This document shows positions 58,051 through 64,000 of a stretch of DNA of 64,000 nt, in pieces. The position numbers and the translations under genes were made by a program. Under the pieces are notes generated by a model, which saw only the letters and a list, made by a program, of their open reading frames with translations, was not told the origin of the DNA and made no database searches. Where the stretch lies: the IMG/VR virus record IMGVR_UViG_3300027969_000040; one strand, 5' to 3'. Each line of letters starts with the position of its first letter. Positions within the stretch are counted from its first letter, which is position 1. This DNA comes from a virus. Lineage: Duplodnaviria > Caudoviricetes.

Positions 58051-58896
58051 TTAAGTCCACAAACTATCACGAGCCTTAATCAATCGGATCATCATGTCGG
58101 TATCTTCTTTTTCGTAGGCTCGTTCAATCTTGTCTAATAGTTTCATAGCCTTGCTACTTGCATTTCTACTAGCAGCGTCTTTCTCAGAAATCCCAATCCA
58201 CCGATTACCATGTTTGATACGTAACATTTCACAGTAAGCAGTCCAGCCACTGGCATCATGTGGATCTGGGCGATTTGGATATACAGTGGTCCACCATAGA
58301 TACAGTTCTTTGATTTCTTTAGCACGTAATGCTTGACCAGTAGGCTTGCCGTAGTTGGGATCAGTTTCTTCCACTCCCCAGTCTGTTCCCATTGTTAAGG
58401 TCATTGCCCAGTCAAGATGATCAAGACCTGCTTGGGGACAACGCCATGTGCGCCAGCGGAACCAACCACTTGCCCAAAATGGAGGATTGTATTTGGCACG
58501 GGCTTCTTTATCTCCCCAGGCAATGTGATGCCAGGCTTGTTCTATCTCAACAAAATCAACCAACTCATTGAATAGACAAGGCAAAAAGCGGTTCCCCACG
58601 TCGCACCATTCACCCGGTTTAATATTCCGGGCATGAGCGGTAAGACCATGAGTGCGACTAACCCAACGGTTGTTAATGTAGTACTTGATATCATATAGTT
58701 TCCTTACAGGCCAGGTTACAAAATCTTGGAGATGGCTAAGTCCTTCTTCGGCTAACCAATAACGAACAGGGTGATAGCCTTTAGCTTGGTCAGTCCAGTC
58801 GTCCCATTGCTCGCTAGTACCCATGTCTAGTTTAGGAGTACCTCTAATCCAATCTGCAAAAGGAGTGCAACTCCAGTAACGTCCATGTTGTGCCAT
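58051..58896 (-). CDS. Trp-rich hypothetical protein
   Basis: 281-aa ORF. Confidence 0.8.
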   Translation of the reverse strand: MAQHGRYWSCTPFADWIRGTPKLDMGTSEQWDDWTDQAKGYHPVRYWLAEEGLSHLQDFVTWPVRKLYDIKYYINNRWVSRTHGLTAHARNIKPGEWCDVGNRFLPCLFNELVDFVEIEQAWHHIAWGDKEARAKYNPPFWASGWFRWRTWRCPQAGLDHLDWAMTLTMGTDWGVEETDPNYGKPTGQALRAKEIKELYLWWTTVYPNRPDPHDASGWTAYCEMLRIKHGNRWIGISEKDAASRNASSKAMKLLDKIERAYEKEDTDMMIRLIKARDSLWT

Positions 58897-58898
58897 TA

Positions 58899-59441
58899 TT
58901 ATTTTCCAGGTGGATTGTAGGTTTGATTATATTCAAAGGCAGCAATTCTATAATACTTACCTTCATCTTCTTTTACAAGAAAGTCGCCGGGTTTGAGAAC
59001 CATTTGTTTTCCCCAAGGTGCAACAAAATTAACTGTTGCGGCGCCAGTATACTTTGCCACCATTCGCACGGCGCTGATATCGGGCTTTCTACGACCGTTA
59101 CCTGCATCAACAGGATAATTCTTCATAAGTTTAGCTTCGCCGCCGATATTGTATTTTTCTTTGCTAGGCCCGCTGACAATAACATCCCCAACAGCCACAG
59201 CGTTCTGAGTTTCGTCCCCATCTTCTGTTACTGTTTGTAACATGAATTGCTGACTGCTTTTACCAAAACTCAAAGCAGGCATTTGATCAATATTGGTTTG
59301 ATCAACACTTTGCTGGATTGGACTATAAGTCAAATCTTTTTTATGAGTAGGTAAAAAATTAAGTTGGCTAGCAACTTGTTCAATATCAACTGGTGCTTCA
59401 CTTAACCCAGTTTCAACAATGTTGATGAAGTTTCGAATCAT
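58899..59441 (-). CDS. PGDYG-like duplicated-domain protein with MIRNFINIVE leader
   Basis: VGDVIVSGPSKEKY and PGDFLVKEDEGKYY..TY repeats. Confidence 0.65.
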   Translation of the reverse strand: MIRNFINIVETGLSEAPVDIEQVASQLNFLPTHKKDLTYSPIQQSVDQTNIDQMPALSFGKSSQQFMLQTVTEDGDETQNAVAVGDVIVSGPSKEKYNIGGEAKLMKNYPVDAGNGRRKPDISAVRMVAKYTGAATVNFVAPWGKQMVLKPGDFLVKEDEGKYYRIAAFEYNQTYNPPGK

Positions 59442-59451
59442 TTTAATCTCC

Positions 59452-59664
59452 TTAAGAATCTCGTTCCATTGAGCAGGCTTCTTGTACCAATGCTACTAGT
59501 TGCTCAACATTTGAGCACATGATTTTAGCGTTAGTGTAATCGCCCTTTTTATTACGACCACCAACTTCGATCATGAAGCCATTGTCGTACATATTTACGG
59601 TAAAAGATTCATTTACTTTTACTAGTTTGTCGCTTAGATTGCTTACCGGTTTTGCTGTTGCCAT
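59452..59664 (-). CDS. Hypothetical protein
   Basis: 70-aa ORF. Confidence 0.7.
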   Translation of the reverse strand: MATAKPVSNLSDKLVKVNESFTVNMYDNGFMIEVGGRNKKGDYTNAKIMCSNVEQLVALVQEACSMERDS

Positions 59665-59665
59665 T

Positions 59666-59941
59666 TTATTGTCCTTTAAATACTTCTGGATTATCTTCTA
59701 CTAATGCAATCAATGCATGAGTTTGAAACTTAACCTGTTCTTCAGTCATTTTAAGATTGTAAGCATGATCTAATATATGTAATACTTCGTGCCACAATGC
59801 AATCTTTTTAGTTTGATCGGTAAATTGATTACCAATCCAAATTTCTTGATCATTAAATCTTGCAAGTCCGATAGTACCTTGCATTTCTTCTTGTGTCTTG
59901 TACAAGACTTCGTAATCAATACCGCATATTTTTAATTTCAT
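59666..59941 (-). CDS. Small HExxH metallopeptidase-like protein
   Basis: LWHEVLH; start at 59941. Confidence 0.7.
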   Translation of the reverse strand: MKLKICGIDYEVLYKTQEEMQGTIGLARFNDQEIWIGNQFTDQTKKIALWHEVLHILDHAYNLKMTEEQVKFQTHALIALVEDNPEVFKGQ

Positions 59942-59990
59942 ATATATTACCTTTGTAGTATTATATATGAAATTAAACGTATTGCAAATA

Positions 59991-60012
59991 GAAAAGGGCA
60001 TTGCCCTTTTCT
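59991..60012. terminator. Intrinsic terminator
   Basis: GAAAAGGGCA-T-TGCCCTTTTC inverted repeat. Confidence 0.75.
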
Positions 60013-60031
60013 AATATTGGGCATAACTTGC

Positions 60032-60391
60032 TTATGCCGCTTCGGGGGCCTTGGTGCCCACACTTGCGGTATTTTTAGTACCACGTGCCTTAATGTTAGA
60101 AAGGCTAGGCTTAGCCTTAGTAACAACCACAGTCTTAACATCTTGGTTGTACTTAGCATCCGCAGCTTCGATTGCTTGAAGATACTCGGGACGATTGACC
60201 AGCTCAGTGGTCTTAAGGAAAGTTACTGCTTCGCCTTTGCTCATTGCACTAGGCAACTCGCACAGTTCAATTTCGGTGTGTCCTGTTTTCATTAGGACTT
60301 TGACACGGCTAAGGTCATTAGCAAAGCGAACTTTGTAGTTACCCTTAACAGTTGAAACACCAGCTACACGGAAAGATTTGTCATTAGACAT
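60032..60391 (-). CDS. Basic hypothetical protein
   Basis: 119 aa behind a sigma70 promoter. Confidence 0.75.
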   Translation of the reverse strand: MSNDKSFRVAGVSTVKGNYKVRFANDLSRVKVLMKTGHTEIELCELPSAMSKGEAVTFLKTTELVNRPEYLQAIEAADAKYNQDVKTVVVTKAKPSLSNIKARGTKNTASVGTKAPEAA

Positions 60392-60449
60392 ATAAACACC
60401 TCTATTAGAGTTAAGTTAAAAAAATGTGTTCGAACTAAACACAGTACTA

Positions 60450-60478
60450 AGTATACTGCCATTTGTTGCGGTTGTCAA
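60450..60478 (-). promoter_or_regulatory. sigma70 promoter TTGACA-N17-TATACT
   Basis: Read from the sequence. Confidence 0.85.
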
Positions 60479-60513
60479 CCACATTTTGGCCGGCAGTGTA
60501 ACCAAAATTCTTT

Positions 60514-60705
60514 TCATTTTACCGAATATGCAGATCCAACTTGAACGCGATCGCGTCCACCGAACATGCTTTCGACAATTTGCATAGCTTGCCCGGGGGA
60601 CACCGCTTGCACTACAGTTTTCAAATATTGCATACCAGCAATACCGTGTAGAATATTTGCACGATCCCGCGCTAACAGGCTGTATGTAACTTCATAGTGT
60701 TTCAT
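60514..60705 (-). CDS. Small hypothetical protein
   Basis: 63 aa; AGGTGG SD. Confidence 0.7.
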   Translation of the reverse strand: MKHYEVTYSLLARDRANILHGIAGMQYLKTVVQAVSPGQAMQIVESMFGGRDRVQVGSAYSVK

Positions 60706-60726
60706 TTTAAATCCACCTAATGTTAA

Positions 60727-61146
60727 TTAAACTTCAATTGCTCGGCGCATAACAATTTCTTGTTTTGCGAAAGCGTCGAGTTCCCACGGCATATCTAAGT
60801 ACTTGGTTTTCTTGGGATACACTTTACCCATCCATGAAAACTTACCACGACTCATTGGCTTGAGCATGCCTTTAGCATATTGTCGCACATGAACCATTTC
60901 GTGTGCTAGTGTGGCTGCAACTTCTAGCAATGGCCCGGGCTTAACCAAAACCATATAGCTATCAATAAAATCTAAATTAATAGTGCAACCCAAATTTGGA
61001 CCATCTGCGCTGTCAATGTCAGCATCAATCTTGACCAGCAGAGCCTTTCTGCTGTTAGTAAGTCCCAATTGGTCTATCATCGACGGCAGTATGGCCTTGA
61101 GGAACTTGCGACGATTGCGGTTAGAATCTTCAACATCAAATTCCAT
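60727..61146 (-). CDS. HExxH metallopeptidase-like protein
   Basis: LAHEMVHVRQY..PWELDAF. Confidence 0.75.
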   Translation of the reverse strand: MEFDVEDSNRNRRKFLKAILPSMIDQLGLTNSRKALLVKIDADIDSADGPNLGCTINLDFIDSYMVLVKPGPLLEVAATLAHEMVHVRQYAKGMLKPMSRGKFSWMGKVYPKKTKYLDMPWELDAFAKQEIVMRRAIEV

Positions 61147-61418
61147 TATTTGGCTACCTTCATAACATATTCAAATAAGACCCATTTAGCACGATTTAGC
61201 AATTGTCGTTGATCTTCGATAACATTAAAATCGGGTTGCTCGTAAGCCATCATTTCTTGTGCATCACTCATCATGCTGGCTACAATCATTGCAGGACCCG
61301 ACAGTTTAAAAGTAAGGCTAGACTCAACACTTTCGCGCATGCCAGCTTCGGTAACACCATACATGCGAACTTCGCGTTTTTCTTGCTCGGATAGTGCGTT
61401 ATAGGTAGCAGTTGTCAT
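61146..61418 (-). CDS. Hypothetical early protein
   Basis: 90 aa; AAGGA SD. Confidence 0.75.
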   Translation of the reverse strand: MTTATYNALSEQEKREVRMYGVTEAGMRESVESSLTFKLSGPAMIVASMMSDAQEMMAYEQPDFNVIEDQRQLLNRAKWVLFEYVMKVAK

Positions 61419-61436
61419 TTCAAGTCCTTTTACTAA

Positions 61437-61853
61437 TTAAACAGATTCAACCGTATAAGGTTTATCCCACTTACCAATATTAACATCCACATACCAACCC
61501 ACATTGAAGTAGTCAGATTGAATGTCGCTATGGTCGTGATTACCTTTGTTCATTGCAGTAAACACTTCCTGCATAAAAGCCAGAGCCTTGCCGTTGTAAT
61601 GATTCTGAAAGTGATATGGGTTAACTTGATCGTACCCTTGATTGCTAGGAACAAAACCACGAGCCAATTGATAGAAATCATTACTGCAAACCTTGTTGGA
61701 ATTTGCAATGAAATCAATGGTACCAGATTTCAGGGTCAAGCACAGGGTCATGTGATTACGAATAGACAACGAACCCTTAATCTTGTACTTGGCAAGAACT
61801 GCCTTGATTTTAGGGGCAATTTTTGCTTTCTTTTCCTGAGACATATAAGCCAT
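61437..61853 (-). CDS. Hypothetical early protein
   Basis: 138 aa directly behind the promoter at 61887-61915. Confidence 0.8.
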   Translation of the reverse strand: MAYMSQEKKAKIAPKIKAVLAKYKIKGSLSIRNHMTLCLTLKSGTIDFIANSNKVCSNDFYQLARGFVPSNQGYDQVNPYHFQNHYNGKALAFMQEVFTAMNKGNHDHSDIQSDYFNVGWYVDVNIGKWDKPYTVESV

Positions 61854-61953
61854 TTTTAAGTCCTATTTGTTGCTGTGTAAGTGTATATTATACTGCAATT
61901 TTGCCCGTTTGTCAACCGTTTTTTTGTTGTTTTTTTGCAACAATTAGCATAAT

Positions 61954-62097
61954 TTAGTTCCAAAATTGGATAGAAATGTTGTGAGCCCAGGTGGTTTTTT
62001 CTAGCTCTTGGCGCTTTGTTACAGCCTCATGGCGCGTACGAAACTCGTAGGACTGGAACTCTTGAGCGACTAAATCGTACACTTGAACCATCCACAT
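61954..62097 (-). CDS. 47-aa early protein (MWMVQVYDLVAQEFQSYEFRTRHEAVTKRQELEKTTWAHNISIQFWN)
   Basis: Manual translation; AGGAG SD; own promoter. Confidence 0.7.
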   Translation of the reverse strand: MWMVQVYDLVAQEFQSYEFRTRHEAVTKRQELEKTTWAHNISIQFWN

Positions 62098-62161
62098 AGT
62101 CTATTCTCCTTGCTGTTGAAGTGCATATTATAACACTTTTGGACCAAGATGTCAACCGTTT

Positions 62162-62404
62162 TTAATTTCCAAAATATTTGGCAATTGCCAACCCTGCGTT
62201 ATTTGCACCTACAATTTGATTATGATCGGTTGATGCATTTCTTGCTCCTTCGACCTGTGCCAGACAATCCCGCACAATTAGCTCGCCAAACCGCTGGCAA
62301 AATTCTTCCATTTGGTTCTGCCATTGTTCTTGGGATTCGGCCCTGGGCAATTCTACCATATGCCCTCTTGCCTCGGCAGCAAGTAATTTAATTTTTTCGT
62401 TCAT
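62162..62404 (-). CDS. Hypothetical early protein
   Basis: 80 aa; AGGAG SD. Confidence 0.75.
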   Translation of the reverse strand: MNEKIKLLAAEARGHMVELPRAESQEQWQNQMEEFCQRFGELIVRDCLAQVEGARNASTDHNQIVGANNAGLAIAKYFGN

Positions 62405-62449
62405 CTTTTATCTCCTTTGTGGTTAACGTTGTCATATTTATGCACTTTT

Positions 62450-62704
62450 TTAACCCCACTCCTTCTTGTCGCCATTGGCTTCGTTGTCTGTGTAGCCTGC
62501 GGTGTAGGCCACAATCTCTTGGGCAGTCATCTGTGCTAGGTCAATTCTAGGACTACGATGAGTGTCTCTCACAAAGTAATGCGGCATATAGTCACGACCG
62601 TAATAGCTGTCTGCCATGCCGCGATCGTAAGGGCCACCGTGGCGTGGGTCATAGTTAGGTTGGCTGGTGTGGTTACCAGCAACTGCGTCCATGTATGTTG
62701 CCAT
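62450..62704 (-). CDS. Hypothetical early protein
   Basis: Start at 62704 (AAGGAG SD); GGPYDRGMADSYY motif. Confidence 0.75.
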   Translation of the reverse strand: MATYMDAVAGNHTSQPNYDPRHGGPYDRGMADSYYGRDYMPHYFVRDTHRSPRIDLAQMTAQEIVAYTAGYTDNEANGDKKEWG

Positions 62705-62714
62705 TTTAAACTCC

Positions 62715-63071
62715 TTAAACCGATTTACGAAAATAACTGTAGGGCAAGCCCACCAAGTAGCACAGGAACTCGTCGTCACCGTTAGAACCTTCTGCTTCGT
62801 GGATCCAACGCAGGGCCATCTCACGATCCTTAGCACCGCAGGCTATGATGCTCTGCACTCGCATCTCAAAGGCATGTGCTGCCTCGTGCTCGGCAATCTT
62901 ACGATTGCGTTCGTTGTCAGCGATCACCTGTTCCAGGTAGTCAAACTCTGTGTTGAACTGGGACTCGGTCCAGGCAGTGGTATCCACATGGCGCGGACGG
63001 AAGTTATAGGCATCCTTGTACATATCCCAATAGATGCTCTGTAGTTCTTCCAGTCGGGTCATTGTTTCCAT
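62715..63071 (-). CDS. Hypothetical early protein
   Basis: Start at 63071 (GGAG SD) or 63098. Confidence 0.75.
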   Translation of the reverse strand: METMTRLEELQSIYWDMYKDAYNFRPRHVDTTAWTESQFNTEFDYLEQVIADNERNRKIAEHEAAHAFEMRVQSIIACGAKDREMALRWIHEAEGSNGDDEFLCYLVGLPYSYFRKSV

Positions 63072-63113
63072 TGTGTGCTCCAGTGTGTTGCTGTTCATGT
63101 GTGTATTATACTG

Positions 63114-63290
63114 TCAAACGCCCACTATGTCAACCAGTTCTTCCCAGGCTTCTTCGATGGTGTCAAAGCCGCAGACATCATAGGATCCATCGTAGAGTCG
63201 AACATAGAACTGTCCGTTGCCCGGGCTGGCTTCTGTGTCCAAGCCTGCTTCGCCCACGCTGGGGATCACTCGCATGGTACGATCAGTCAT
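63114..63290 (-). CDS. 58-aa acidic early protein (MTDRTMRVIPSVGEAGLDTEASPGNGQFYVRLYDGSYDVCGFDTIEEAWEELVDIVGV)
   Basis: Manual translation; GGAGA SD; its last codons contain the next -35 box. Confidence 0.65.
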   Translation of the reverse strand: MTDRTMRVIPSVGEAGLDTEASPGNGQFYVRLYDGSYDVCGFDTIEEAWEELVDIVGV

Positions 63291-63520
63291 AGGTTCTCTC
63301 CTGTTTCATCATCAATGGCACCAGTGTAGACAGCAACGACGCCGTTGCCTTCCTCAAGCCAGCCATTTATGTTCCAGACGTCACGATGTCGATTGTAGGA
63401 TTCCACCCACATGAGTGCATCCTCACGGGTGTCGAACTCTTCCTCTCCGAGCACCTTGTGATCATTCACATGGAAAGCATAGATAGGGTAGATTTGAACA
63501 TTGTGTACGATTGCCATCAT
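63287..63520 (-). CDS. Hypothetical early protein
   Basis: Start at 63520/63517 (AGGAG SD) rather than 63688. Confidence 0.7.
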   Translation of the reverse strand: MMAIVHNVQIYPIYAFHVNDHKVLGEEEFDTREDALMWVESYNRHRDVWNINGWLEEGNGVVAVYTGAIDDETGENL

Positions 63521-63584
63521 GTGCTCCTGTTTGTTGCTGTTCATGTGTGTATTATATGATCTTTTGGCTGTGTTGTCAACCCGA

Positions 63585-63896
63585 TTACCAAGCCAACTCT
63601 TTGGCGGGGTAAGTGATCTTACCTTCGTACTCCAACTGGCTCTTTTCGAACTCTGTGAGGTAGTCATCAGCAACCACTTCCCAATCAATCACCCACTCGC
63701 GGAAGTAAGGGCTGGCTTGCTCAATCTGACTGCGCAGAGCCATCACAGTGTCTGTGGCTGTGTTGATGTCTTTGAACTTCTTTATGACATAGTCGTTGCC
63801 GCCCTTCATCTTCCAGTACTGGGGGCACTCACCTTGGCCGTCCCAATCATGGGCGCCGTAGTTCTCTTGTGTCTGTGTGGTGATTAGCAGTTTCAT
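63585..63896 (-). CDS. Hypothetical early protein
   Basis: 103 aa; AGGAG SD; own promoter. Confidence 0.8.
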   Translation of the reverse strand: MKLLITTQTQENYGAHDWDGQGECPQYWKMKGGNDYVIKKFKDINTATDTVMALRSQIEQASPYFREWVIDWEVVADDYLTEFEKSQLEYEGKITYPAKELAW

Positions 63897-64000
63897 AGTT
63901 CGCTCCTGTTTGTGTGTATGTGTCTATTATACTGCCAAAAAGCCTCGGTGTCAACCCCTGCGAAGTACCCAGGCGTGTTGCAGGGTCTAGTGGCAAGGGT

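Larger units (their letters stand above)
61887..63954 (-). promoter_or_regulatory. Five repeated early promoter cassettes GGTTGACA-N17-TATAAT
   Basis: -10/-35 spans at 61887-61915, 62127-62155, 63105-63133, 63551-63579 and 63926-63954, each with a shared ACAC..CAGCAA(C/G)..GGA(G/C)-type leader. Confidence 0.9.

Overview
This window is best read as a 64-kb segment of a large lytic bacteriophage (T4-like/jumbo-type architecture), probably infecting a Gram-negative host. The porin looks betaproteobacterial, but host assignment is inference. Coding is dense and almost entirely on the minus strand, with Shine-Dalgarno sites, near-consensus sigma70 early promoters (GGTTGACA-N17-TATAAT) and TAAATA late-promoter-like boxes. 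Modules in order: (i) 0.6-7.9 kb, mosaic proteins built from short modules joined at [LIV]-x-E sites, including a repeated QGVAE linker; (ii) a GT-A glycosyltransferase, ClpA and DnaJ; (iii) a lysis/membrane cluster (3TM holin, GH19 endolysin, spanins) with an inserted prolyl-4-hydroxylase-like gene; (iv) PhoH, a ParB-like/GIY-YIG-like/HNH-like cassette, HAD nucleotidase, clamp loader, GroES, a DnaE fragment and MazG; (v) about 20 kb of tail/baseplate genes with four collagen-like proteins and an S8 protease; (vi) a porin and secreted Asn-rich proteins; (vii) a PlcP-Agt-like lipid-remodelling pair; (viii) a permuted two-piece tmRNA with a 33-codon tag and a small gene inside its intervening sequence; (ix) small early genes behind repeated promoter cassettes. 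No capsid, terminase, full DNA polymerase, integrase, CRISPR array or true tRNA was found. All family assignments come from motif recognition by eye, not database searches.
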